DNA of 64,000 nt, taken from IMG/VR virus record IMGVR_UViG_3300027751_000013. One strand, written 5' to 3'. The translations under genes and the position numbers were made by a program. This stretch comes from an uncultured virus (IMG/VR IMGVR_UViG_3300027751_000013). Taxonomy: Duplodnaviria; Heunggongvirae; Uroviricota; Caudoviricetes. Below the pieces are notes generated by a model, which saw nothing but the letters and a program-made list of their open reading frames with translations, was not told the DNA's origin and made no database searches. This document shows, one piece after another, positions 48,029 through 56,564 of this stretch (position 1 is its first letter; every line of letters starts with the position of its first letter).

Positions 48029-48823
48029 ATGACACGTACAGAAATTTTAAAGATTAGATTAGACGAGCTTAGTAATGAAAATACCAAGCTTGATGCTAGA
48101 GTAAGAAACTTGTATATTAGAAGACAGAAAGAACTTATTAATGTCTTAAGAGACTGGTTTATTCCTTTCAATATAGAAGATCAAGATGTTACTTTCAACT
48201 TTACTGAGTATAGAGTTGAGGTATTGAAAAAACAAAAAGAAGAAAATAAGGCCATCTTCTGGTTTAAATTGAGAGAAGAGTGGAACGATAAAACTACTTT
48301 TACTGGATTTGAACTAAATAGTTATTATGGAGGAGCGATAATTAGCGATGATACTGTTACAACAATGATATTAACTGCTAAATGGAGTCAGTTTGTATTA
48401 GATTATCAAGATGATATTATTGCCGAACTTAATATGGTTCAAGAGAGATATGAAAAGTATATAACTATACTAAGAGATAAACAATATGAGTTGAAAAAGT
48501 CTATCAATCAACAGCAATCAGATATTAATGAGTTGAGAAAAGAAGAGATCTTATCTAAACTAACTACTGAAGGAATAGAGTTAGATACAAATAAGAAAGA
48601 GAATAAGGATTCATATCTTCCATCTTTAGAAGTAAAGTTTGATTGGACTTTAAGATCAGTTAAAGCGTTAAAAGTTTTGAGAATGACTACTTCTAAAAAG
48701 TCAGCTGATGTTGAAGTTACAACAAGAGATTGGCAAGGAGGTTTACACAAAACAATAGTAGAAAGAGTCAGAATGGATAATATTTTAGGCTTTGTAAGAT
48801 ACAATGAGGATATAATAATTTAA
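48029..48823 (+). CDS. Early coiled-coil hypothetical protein
   Basis: 264 aa; own promoter. Confidence 0.75.
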   Translation: MTRTEILKIRLDELSNENTKLDARVRNLYIRRQKELINVLRDWFIPFNIEDQDVTFNFTEYRVEVLKKQKEENKAIFWFKLREEWNDKTTFTGFELNSYYGGAIISDDTVTTMILTAKWSQFVLDYQDDIIAELNMVQERYEKYITILRDKQYELKKSINQQQSDINELRKEEILSKLTTEGIELDTNKKENKDSYLPSLEVKFDWTLRSVKALKVLRMTTSKKSADVEVTTRDWQGGLHKTIVERVRMDNILGFVRYNEDIII

Positions 48824-48826
48824 GTT

Positions 48827-49093
48827 ATGGTAGAAATATTTCCAGCATATAGAAAAGCAATTAAAGTTATAGAATCTAGTGAAACATTACAACATTTGGA
48901 AGGTGCTAGAAAGTTTATTAATAACTTCTTCAGAGCTTATTCAATTCCTTACGAAGTCAGAAAAAGAAAGTTTGGTTGGGAGAACTTAAATAGTGAAACA
49001 AAAGTTGAAATAAGACAGCCTAATACGCTAGCAGCACATATGTATGAAGAACTGTTAATCATACTTGAAACAAAAGAAGCTAAATTTCAATGA
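48827..49093 (+). CDS. Hypothetical protein
   Basis: 88-aa ORF. Confidence 0.65.
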   Translation: MVEIFPAYRKAIKVIESSETLQHLEGARKFINNFFRAYSIPYEVRKRKFGWENLNSETKVEIRQPNTLAAHMYEELLIILETKEAKFQ

Positions 49094-49212
49094 GGGCACT
49101 AGCAAGACCAACCAGACTAAAATTATCACACAATCCTACTTCTCTACTGATTGTTTCAATACAGAAGAAGTTAAGAAGAGAGAAGAGGAAGAAAGCTTAT
49201 AGGATGTCATAA
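49090..49212 (+). CDS. Basic 40-aa ORF (not in track)
   Basis: MRALARPTRLKLSHNPTSLLIVSIQKKLRREKRKKAYRMS; ATGA overlap with previous gene. Confidence 0.4.
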   Translation: MRALARPTRLKLSHNPTSLLIVSIQKKLRREKRKKAYRMS

Positions 49213-49279
49213 CCCCTATATTATGTTTTTAATTATTATTAGAAGAGCCGGTAGACGTCATAACCCTACCGGTTTTTTT
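49198..49279 (+). ncRNA. Twin hairpins with loop AYGTCATAACC; the second is an intrinsic terminator
   Basis: TATAGG-ATGTCATAACC-CCTATA and GCCGGTAG-ACGTCATAACC-CTACCGGT-TTTTTT. Confidence 0.65.
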
Positions 49280-49359
49280 ATTGAAAATAATTAACAAAAG
49301 AGTAGGTTCGTATTGTTATTCTTCTTATATTAAGGTATAGAAATTAAAAGATAAAGGTT

Positions 49360-49662
49360 ATGACAATTACAGCAATTAAAAAAGAAAACTTCAAAGCAGT
49401 TAAAGACTTATTAATCAAGAAGTACAACGCTTACAACATCGAAAATGAAGGTAACTACTTTCATATGTTTATCGATTTTGAAGATGAAACTCTACAATGT
49501 GAATTAACAAGAGATTGTTCATTCGGAAGCTGGGATGCAACTAAACTTTCAGGTGAGGGATGGACACAAGAAGAGATAGCTAAACAAGCAGCTGCTGAAA
49601 GATTAGAAAATGAAGTTTATGCTGATATGAAAAAAATAACTAAAGAAATAGTTTCTAGTTAG
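49360..49662 (+). CDS. Early hypothetical protein
   Basis: Own promoter cassette. Confidence 0.75.
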   Translation: MTITAIKKENFKAVKDLLIKKYNAYNIENEGNYFHMFIDFEDETLQCELTRDCSFGSWDATKLSGEGWTQEEIAKQAAAERLENEVYADMKKITKEIVSS

Positions 49663-49685
49663 AAATATTATTCTTATATTTAGGT

Positions 49686-49810
49686 ATAATAGTTGGGGTA
49701 AGTATATCGGTATGGAGCAAGTCCGATGTTAAAGAGTCCCTAGAGAGTAATTGGCTGAAATCATCCTAACCCTACCAGAAGTTAGGTTTCAACTCACTAC
49801 CCAACATTAT
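49686..49810 (+). ncRNA. Putative ~125-nt structured RNA or leader
   Basis: Closing stem ATAAT.GTTGG.GTA/TACCCAACATTAT; arms ATCGG/CCGAT and TGAAA..CCTAAC/GTTAGGTTTCA. Confidence 0.55.
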
Positions 49811-49838
49811 ACTTTTTTAAACTAAACAAATAAAGGTT

Positions 49839-49961
49839 ATGATTGAAACAAGAGAACTACTTAGAGAAGAATTAAGATTACTACTTGACGGTACAAACAA
49901 TGTAGCGGAGACAGTAGAAGAGATCATCGCACACATCAGATGGAGAGAAGATAATTTATAA
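49839..49961 (+). CDS. Hypothetical 40-aa protein (not in track)
   Basis: AAAGGTTATG start; MIETRELLREELRLLL... Confidence 0.65.
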   Translation: MIETRELLREELRLLLDGTNNVAETVEEIIAHIRWREDNL

Positions 49962-49981
49962 TTCTAAAACAAATAAAAGTT

Positions 49982-50212
49982 ATGGCAACAGGATACAATT
50001 CAGTAATTAAGATCGAATGTATAAAAGGTTTCATTCCGGAAGGAGGAGATCTAGTAATAATGAAAGGAGATAGATTCTATCAATCTTCAGACTTCAGCGA
50101 TGATTGGATTGGAGAGGTAGATGGAAGAATGGAAGGAATGATTATATCTTTCTACACAGAACAACTAGCAAATAACTTTCAATTTGTAGGTAGAAAAATC
50201 TCCTTATATTAG
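49982..50212 (+). CDS. Hypothetical protein, SH3-like
   Basis: F..E.GDL....GD...DW..GEV.GR.G. Confidence 0.55.
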   Translation: MATGYNSVIKIECIKGFIPEGGDLVIMKGDRFYQSSDFSDDWIGEVDGRMEGMIISFYTEQLANNFQFVGRKISLY

Positions 50213-50268
50213 TAGGTTCGTATTGATATTCTTCTTATATTAAGGTATAGAAATTAAAAATAAAGGTT

Positions 50269-50775
50269 ATGACAATTCAAAACGTATTATCATTAGAGAA
50301 TTTAGTAGATGTTCAAGCGGTATTATCTGCAGCAACAAGAAGGGTAATTGAGTTAAAAAATAACTTACCATCCTTTCCGGAAGTTAAAAAGCAGGCTGTT
50401 ACTTTGAAGAAAGAGTTCAGAGCTTTAGTAAACGACGATTCTAAATACTATAATGACGATTTGACTGGCCGTGTTGAGATGATGAAGAATGAAGACGGGT
50501 CTAGATATTATGAAGGTTCGTTTAAAGTTATACCTTCAACAGGTCAAGAAGGAGTATATGATGAGGATTTTGGTTCACTTGCCGGACAGCCTAGATATGG
50601 ATACAAATTTCAACTTGATTCTCCAGACCAGACATTAGAGATTGTTAATAAAGTATTACCAAAAGGATGGACTACAGAAGTTAAAATCGATAAGGGCTTA
50701 GTTCATGAAGGTGACGATTTAGTACCTTATTCTTCTTATTTAGTAAGTGTAAAATCTCCAAACTTTTTTAAGTAA
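50269..50775 (+). CDS. Early hypothetical protein
   Basis: Own promoter cassette. Confidence 0.75.
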   Translation: MTIQNVLSLENLVDVQAVLSAATRRVIELKNNLPSFPEVKKQAVTLKKEFRALVNDDSKYYNDDLTGRVEMMKNEDGSRYYEGSFKVIPSTGQEGVYDEDFGSLAGQPRYGYKFQLDSPDQTLEIVNKVLPKGWTTEVKIDKGLVHEGDDLVPYSSYLVSVKSPNFFK

Positions 50776-50835
50776 ATAGTTGTTTCGTATTGATATTCTT
50801 CTTATATTAAGGTATAATTAAAAACAATAAGAGTT

Positions 50836-51348
50836 ATGGCAAATTATTTATCAGTAAACAAAAAGTATTCATCGTTTAATTCTCAACTTGCTCAGTCAGA
50901 AAAGAATGACTGCTTTGTAAGAGCGTTAGCTGTTGCAGGTGAAACAGATTATCAAACAGCTCATCAAATAGCTAAAGATGTATTTGGAAGAAGAGAGAAG
51001 AAAGGAACTTTAGGTTATATGATTCACTCTGCATTCTTAAAAGCAGAAGCTGCAGGAATGATGTTAGGAGGTAAAAAGCTTGAGGTAGCGGTATTAGGTA
51101 GAAGAGATACCAAAAATAGATATAAGGTTAAAGGAGAAGTAATTTGGAGACAAAAGACTCTAAAAAGCTTTATCGAATCTCATCCAGTAGGAAATTATAT
51201 CGTTACAGTTGCCGGACATGCATTAGCAGTAATAGATGGAGAGTTAGCAGATTGGTCTAAAGAAGGATTCAAACCTACTCGTAAAGTTCAAGCAGCTTAT
51301 AGAGTTCATCCTCAACAAATAGCATCTCAATTAAGTCTATTTGAATAG
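50836..51348 (+). CDS. Early protein, possible Cys/His peptidase-like, with C-terminal QLSLF
   Basis: NDCFVRALA...GHALAVIDG...D; ends SQLSLFE. Confidence 0.65.
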   Translation: MANYLSVNKKYSSFNSQLAQSEKNDCFVRALAVAGETDYQTAHQIAKDVFGRREKKGTLGYMIHSAFLKAEAAGMMLGGKKLEVAVLGRRDTKNRYKVKGEVIWRQKTLKSFIESHPVGNYIVTVAGHALAVIDGELADWSKEGFKPTRKVQAAYRVHPQQIASQLSLFE

Positions 51349-51427
51349 GAAAATAAATGGGGAAAGGGTTGCTAGATCGATCCTTTCTTCTTATATTTAG
51401 GTATAATAATTAAAACAAATCATTTTT

Positions 51428-51646
51428 ATGTTCTACCAAATTAAAAACACCTCAAAATTAAAATTTAATTTAATTGCTGTGAATTCAAAAAGCAAAATCT
51501 TTAACGCTATAAAAGAAGCTGGTTGGGTTGCATCTGAATGCAAAATAATTGCAATGGATGATTCATTAAAAAATACATTCACAAATATTAAAACTGGCAA
51601 TCGCAATAAAAAAGGACGCCAATTTGCAATGAGAGCGGGGGTTTAA
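51428..51646 (+). CDS. Early hypothetical protein
   Basis: Own promoter cassette. Confidence 0.65.
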   Translation: MFYQIKNTSKLKFNLIAVNSKSKIFNAIKEAGWVASECKIIAMDDSLKNTFTNIKTGNRNKKGRQFAMRAGV

Positions 51647-51719
51647 AAAACCTCAAATAGTAGTAGGTTTGTATTAATATTCTTCTTATATTAAGGTATA
51701 GAAATTAAAAATAGAGGTT

Positions 51720-51911
51720 ATGAGAGATTCAATCGCATTTAGTTCAAAGCATTTAAACCATGAGCGTATTGCTCAAGAGATCTTCGAAACATTCAACATT
51801 CGAGAGATAGGATTTGGTATCGTTAGATTTAAACTCAATCAGATGGGAATTACTGATGTAGAAGACATAAAAAAAGTTACGGATTTAGTTATGAAAAAGT
51901 TGGACGTCTGA
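51720..51911 (+). CDS. Early hypothetical protein
   Basis: Own promoter cassette. Confidence 0.7.
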   Translation: MRDSIAFSSKHLNHERIAQEIFETFNIREIGFGIVRFKLNQMGITDVEDIKKVTDLVMKKLDV

Positions 51912-51955
51912 GTTATTCTTCGTAAATTAAGGTATAGAAATTAAAAATAAAGGTT

Positions 51956-52276
51956 ATGACGATTCAAGATCAAGCAAAGCAATTAAAGAACGACGTTAAG
52001 CAATTTATTAATGGAGGATATGTTTGGATGCACAAAAGAAAGGCTGCCAAATGGACAGGTGGAGGAGAGTATTATGTAGTTGCTTTCCAAACATTAGAGA
52101 AGGAGAACAAAGAAGAGGACTTAATTACTCTACAATCATTAATACTTCCAGAAGGTTGGGTTGCATATTGGACAGGTTTCAGAATTGAACTTTATAAGAG
52201 AATAGGAGAAGGAGATTTACAGTTGGATGATATACAATATAAACATTTTACATTAGAATTCGAAAAATTACAATAA
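51956..52276 (+). CDS. Early hypothetical protein
   Basis: Own promoter cassette. Confidence 0.7.
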   Translation: MTIQDQAKQLKNDVKQFINGGYVWMHKRKAAKWTGGGEYYVVAFQTLEKENKEEDLITLQSLILPEGWVAYWTGFRIELYKRIGEGDLQLDDIQYKHFTLEFEKLQ

Positions 52277-52292
52277 GAGTAGAAAGGGGAAT

Positions 52293-52336
52293 GGCGTTTT
52301 TCTCTCCCCGACGAAGTCGCCACGCGCATTTTTAAC
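52293..52336 (+). repeat. GC-rich structured element, copy 2
   Basis: GGCGTTTTTCTCTCCC-CGAC-GAA-GTCG-CCACGCGCATTTTTAAC. Confidence 0.85.
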
Positions 52337-52413
52337 GAAACTTTTCTTTAAATAAAGTTGGTTCGTATTAGATTTCTTCTTATATTAAGGTATAGAAATT
52401 AAAAATAAAGGTT

Positions 52414-52668
52414 ATGACTTATTACACAGCATTAGTTTTAGTTGAAAGAAAGAACGCTTTTACAAACCGTATAAATAAGGTTAAAGAAAAATACGTAGTA
52501 GAAGCTAAATACGATTCAGAAGTAGAATCAAAAGTACTTTCTTATTTTGAAAATGGTGGAGGGGTATGGAACACGACAATGAAAGATGGTTCGGTAGTTA
52601 ATGTATCAGGTAATGTTCTTAGTGTTTTAAGTATTACTCGCACTACAGTTGAAGGAGTAATAGTATAA
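52414..52668 (+). CDS. Early hypothetical protein
   Basis: Own promoter cassette. Confidence 0.7.
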   Translation: MTYYTALVLVERKNAFTNRINKVKEKYVVEAKYDSEVESKVLSYFENGGGVWNTTMKDGSVVNVSGNVLSVLSITRTTVEGVIV

Positions 52669-52683
52669 ATTAAAATAAAGGTT

Positions 52684-52959
52684 ATGAGTAAATTTAAAAC
52701 ATTCGAAGACATTACTTGGAAAGCACACCAACTTGGAAAAGGTGCAATTCAAGGATTATTAATGCTAGATAATGGCATAGAATTATCTATTGTAGCAGGA
52801 CAGGGGATGTATAGCACACCCCGTGAAGATTTAGGTTCACCCGATTTACACTCATCATTTGAAGTTGCAATATTTGATAAAAAGGGTGATATGGTTGATG
52901 ATGTGTTAGGGTGGCAATCGAGAGAGGATATAAATAACTTAATTCAAATACATTCCTAA
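52684..52959 (+). CDS. Hypothetical protein
   Basis: NG..LSIV...FEVAI...DDVLGW. Confidence 0.7.
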   Translation: MSKFKTFEDITWKAHQLGKGAIQGLLMLDNGIELSIVAGQGMYSTPREDLGSPDLHSSFEVAIFDKKGDMVDDVLGWQSREDINNLIQIHS

Positions 52960-52981
52960 AGTATAATACAAAATAAAGGTC

Positions 52982-53167
52982 ATGCCAAAGAAGAAATTAG
53001 CATTAGATTCAGAATCACATTTACATTTATTAACTCATTTGTTTGATATCGAAGCGATGATTGAACCGGGTGAAGATATAATGCTTGATAGAGCATTAGA
53101 GAAACTAATTGAAGAGGTTAGGTTTTCGGATATAATTGTCTCATATAAACTAATGAAAGATGAGTAG
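52982..53167 (+). CDS. Hypothetical protein
   Basis: AAAGGTCATG start. Confidence 0.65.
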   Translation: MPKKKLALDSESHLHLLTHLFDIEAMIEPGEDIMLDRALEKLIEEVRFSDIIVSYKLMKDE

Positions 53168-53259
53168 AAGTTATTGGGGATGTGAAATGGAATCTCCTAT
53201 CTATCGAGAGGTAGCAGAAGAGATGAGGTTGAAGAAGGAACCATATAGTCTTCAGAGTA

Positions 53260-53517
53260 ATGAAAAGACTAAGAGAGGTAAGAAGAGTAATAAAGTCTAA
53301 CATTAATAAAACGTTTATGAAAGAAGGTAGTTACGAAGAAGTAAAGTATGGAGATGAGACATTTAAAATAGATAAGTCGACAGGTAAGATTGAGACGAAC
53401 TATACAATGAAGAACTCTCAAGGAAGGACAATAAAGCAAGAAGAGGATAGTGCTAAGATAATAGGCATTGCTATAATAGCTTTGATTGTATTAGGAATCG
53501 TTTTAGTATTTGTATAA
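53260..53517 (+). CDS. Hypothetical protein with C-terminal TM
   Basis: Hydrophobic C-terminus; start uncertain. Confidence 0.55.
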   Translation: MKRLREVRRVIKSNINKTFMKEGSYEEVKYGDETFKIDKSTGKIETNYTMKNSQGRTIKQEEDSAKIIGIAIIALIVLGIVLVFV

Positions 53518-53593
53518 GATGGATGATGAAAGGATTTACAAAGCGATAGAAGATTCTATTTTAGAGGAGTGGAAGAGGACGGAGTTGGAGTGA

Positions 53594-53639
53594 GGGGGCG
53601 CTTTCCTCTCTCGACAACGAAGTTGTCACGCGCATATTT
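53594..53639 (+). repeat. GC-rich structured element, copy 3
   Basis: GGGGGCGCTTTCCTCTCTC-GACAAC-GAA-GTTGTC-ACGCGCATATTT. Confidence 0.85.
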
Positions 53640-53881
53640 CACGAAAGGTCCTACCATCCTTCCTTACATTCTACAATAAGGACAAATATGTGATAACAAG
53701 CAAAGCTTGTCTCTGAGGTAGTTAGTGATTTGGGTGAACACTTCATATTAAACCCTAACGAACCTATAAGAGAGATAAGGATACATATGGTAGATAGAGG
53801 GTAAATGGCTTATTTCTACTTAAGTATAGAACATATTGTAAGTGTATAGATAATACCTAATGGAGACAACGCTATATGGGG

Positions 53882-53950
53882 TTAAAGACATCTAAAGATT
53901 ATCTATAGAAACCTAAAGACAACTAAAGAAGAACTAAAGATTCTATATAG
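53882..53950. repeat. Helically phased CTAAAGA heptamer array
   Basis: Units at 53882, 53892, 53903, 53913, 53923, 53934. Confidence 0.75.
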
Positions 53951-54129
53951 ATCAATAGGAATAGAGTGTGTAGAATAATGAAGGCTTGTGAATGGAATGA
54001 GATATATAAAGTACAGGCGTGTGCCTCCCTCCCTTCCCTTTTCAAAATTCTATAGAAAATATATGGTCAAATAGTTGCCGGCCTGCCATATTCTTCTTAT
54101 ATTAAGGTATAATTAAAAAGATAAAGGTT

Positions 54130-54483
54130 ATGACTTATTCAGAGAGAGTAAAAGCAGCTAAGACAATCATCAACGCAGTTAAGGTATTAAAGGACAAAGA
54201 GTACATCGTTGTAACTTATGGTACAGATTACAATAACGTACCTCAGGAGTATAGGATTTCTTGCAGCATATACAAAGAGGGTAAGCCTTCTTATAGCATT
54301 TACCGTAATGAGGTATGGGCTTTAGGTGGTATGAACATAGAGTCATTTACCAATACATTGGCTAAGGCTTATACTTACGATATGATGAGACAGAGAACTG
54401 CTTATAACTTTCCATTGTGTGAGATGGTATTAGTAGAAGAGCCTTTTAAAGAACAAGTTAATACTAGTGAGTGGGGTATCTAA
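54130..54483 (+). CDS. Early hypothetical protein
   Basis: Own promoter cassette. Confidence 0.7.
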   Translation: MTYSERVKAAKTIINAVKVLKDKEYIVVTYGTDYNNVPQEYRISCSIYKEGKPSYSIYRNEVWALGGMNIESFTNTLAKAYTYDMMRQRTAYNFPLCEMVLVEEPFKEQVNTSEWGI

Positions 54484-54507
54484 AGAGAATCTAAAGAGAG
54501 TCTATAG

Positions 54508-54768
54508 ATGAAAGAAAGAATAACTATACAAATAGATAGAGAGGTAGCTGAGACCATAAAGGAGTTATATCCAGATATGTCTTATACAGTAGCTCTAAGG
54601 CTATTACTTGATACATCTAAAGAGAGTCTAAAGAAAGTCTATAGACCTCCTACCATACATACGCCTACTACAGACAATATGGCTAGTCTAGATGATATAA
54701 AGGAATTAAAGGATAAGTTCTCTTCTGTACTGGACAACCTAATCAAAAAGAATAAGTTAAAGGTATAA
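54508..54768 (+). CDS. Ribbon-helix-helix DNA-binding protein with C-terminal coil
   Basis: RITIQIDREVAETIKEL...SYTVALRLLL. Confidence 0.6.
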   Translation: MKERITIQIDREVAETIKELYPDMSYTVALRLLLDTSKESLKKVYRPPTIHTPTTDNMASLDDIKELKDKFSSVLDNLIKKNKLKV

Positions 54769-54939
54769 GAGAGATTCCGGAAATTAGTAGGGTAGGTTTA
54801 TATCACCTTGATGGCACCTTGCTATAACACTGCCAGTATAGTTCCCTAAGAGGTTGGGCATCGGCTCGGCTGCGCCATACCTGGTTTCATATTTCTGATG
54901 ATTTTTCACTATATAGGGTTATATATATTTATATATTGT

Positions 54940-55365
54940 TTATATAATAGAGATTGTAGAACCAAATACCGTCAAAGATATACGTGTACCTTGTTGTATC
55001 TTAGGAAGTCTATGTAGAGTAGTAGAACTAAACACTCCTTCCTCCATCTCAAAGCCATTTACTACTAATTTAGTATTACATTCAGAGGGTTTTAACTCGC
55101 ATACATACGCCCATTTACGCCTAAAGTTATTATCCATATGTTCGTTAAAGAAGTCTCCTTCCTTCCATGTGTGTATATGGTAGGTATCGTATTCAGTTGA
55201 TATATCAATACCTTCAAATGAGTATATATGTTCTTTTAATTCCTTATGGAAGGGTACTTTACTGTAATGTGTATTAGTATACTTATAACTTCTATCTGGC
55301 CGATTATATGATTCTTGGTCGATATTTCTATTTCGTATAAACCAGTCTTTATATTCTTGTTTCAT
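54940..55365 (-). CDS. 2OG-Fe(II) oxygenase (only convincing minus-strand gene)
   Basis: FFNEHMD, LHRLPKIQQGTRISL. Confidence 0.85.
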   Translation of the reverse strand: MKQEYKDWFIRNRNIDQESYNRPDRSYKYTNTHYSKVPFHKELKEHIYSFEGIDISTEYDTYHIHTWKEGDFFNEHMDNNFRRKWAYVCELKPSECNTKLVVNGFEMEEGVFSSTTLHRLPKIQQGTRISLTVFGSTISII

Positions 55366-55430
55366 TATGTCAAAGACCTATTGTGTTACTATATATGTTG
55401 ATCCCTCTATGGGTACGGTTTCTCTATAAT

Positions 55431-55463
55431 ATAAGATACGATTTCTCTCTCTACTTTCCAACT
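55431..55463 (-). promoter_or_regulatory. Minus-strand copy of the early promoter
   Basis: Reverse complement reads AGTTG-N20-TATCTTAT upstream of 55365. Confidence 0.7.
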
Positions 55464-55556
55464 GTTTTCACAAAATACTTGGGGAAATTTTTTGGCAAAA
55501 TTTTTCGGTATATAGGGGGTGTCTTCTTATATTGATAATATACGAACTATTTATCG

Positions 55557-55988
55557 ATGATGAAACAAATAGATAAAGATACATTATTCTCAATCTTCGA
55601 ACAAGGAGATGAAGAAGTATACATGGAGCATGGAGTTAAAGATGTTCTAGACAATCCTTTTGTTTTAATGGGAATGATACTTAGAGGTTTAGAGAACTTT
55701 GAACTAATGGATATGATGTATAAAAGAAACTATCCAGAAGAATATGAGAATGTAAAGAACCTTATAAAATACAAATACTACAATAAGTTATATAGATACC
55801 TTACAAAAATAGACAGTAGGTGTTTTAAAGATGAGTATACAATAGGAGAGGCTTTTGATAGTGAGAATGTATATAAGGCTTTAGATGACCTAAGAGTATA
55901 CTATGAAGTTATAGAGGAATACGAAAAATGTTCGGTTATAAAGAATTTTAGAGAACTTTTAATAGATAAAGTTGTTACTTTAAAATAG
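55557..55988 (+). CDS. Hypothetical protein with UVR-like C-terminus
   Basis: YYE.IEEYEKC..IK. Confidence 0.65.
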   Translation: MMKQIDKDTLFSIFEQGDEEVYMEHGVKDVLDNPFVLMGMILRGLENFELMDMMYKRNYPEEYENVKNLIKYKYYNKLYRYLTKIDSRCFKDEYTIGEAFDSENVYKALDDLRVYYEVIEEYEKCSVIKNFRELLIDKVVTLK

Positions 55989-56030
55989 TTTTCTTATCTT
56001 TATGTATAGAAACAAAATAAAGGTTATATT

Positions 56031-56561
56031 ATGTCAAAAACTCAAGAGGGATTCAAAGTCACTAAGATATCCCCAGATCAAGCTTCTGAGCTTATTGCTT
56101 GCAATGATGACCAATTAGGTACCCCTGCAGCACACTTTACATTAACACCTTCCACTAATAGTAATTACCCGGCCTCTGAAGGATGGGAAGATGTTAGGTA
56201 CTACACCAACCGACCCAGGCATATACAAATGCCAAAAGGTATTACTAACTGTCAATGGATATACATCCTCTCTAATGAAACGATGCCCGGTCTTGTTAAG
56301 ATTGGCTTTACAAAGAATAAACCTTCGGAGAGAGTTAAGCAGATCAATGCTGCGACAGGAGTCGCATTAGACTTCTCGGTCGAATGGGCTTACCCTTGCT
56401 TTAACGCACATGATCTTGAAAAAGAGATACATATCTACCTTGAGAATCAAGGCTTCCGAGTAAATAAAAAGAAGGAATTCTTTAATATTACGATTGAACA
56501 GGCAAGATCTGTTATCGAACGTATAGGAGAACCTTATAGGATGGAAGTATTCCAAGACTAA
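56031..56561 (+). CDS. T5orf172/GIY-YIG domain protein
   Basis: WIYILSN..MPGLVKIGFT, LEKEIH, KEFF. Confidence 0.9.
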   Translation: MSKTQEGFKVTKISPDQASELIACNDDQLGTPAAHFTLTPSTNSNYPASEGWEDVRYYTNRPRHIQMPKGITNCQWIYILSNETMPGLVKIGFTKNKPSERVKQINAATGVALDFSVEWAYPCFNAHDLEKEIHIYLENQGFRVNKKKEFFNITIEQARSVIERIGEPYRMEVFQD

Positions 56562-56564
56562 AAA

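Noticed and set aside
701..49745. CCCTAGAG shared by the hsp20 leader and the 49686 RNA
   Set aside because: An 8-mer match with no extension; plausible by chance
54775..54900. tRNA in the GC-richer intergenic stretch
   Set aside because: No cloverleaf or T-loop on either strand; no tRNA recognised anywhere in the window
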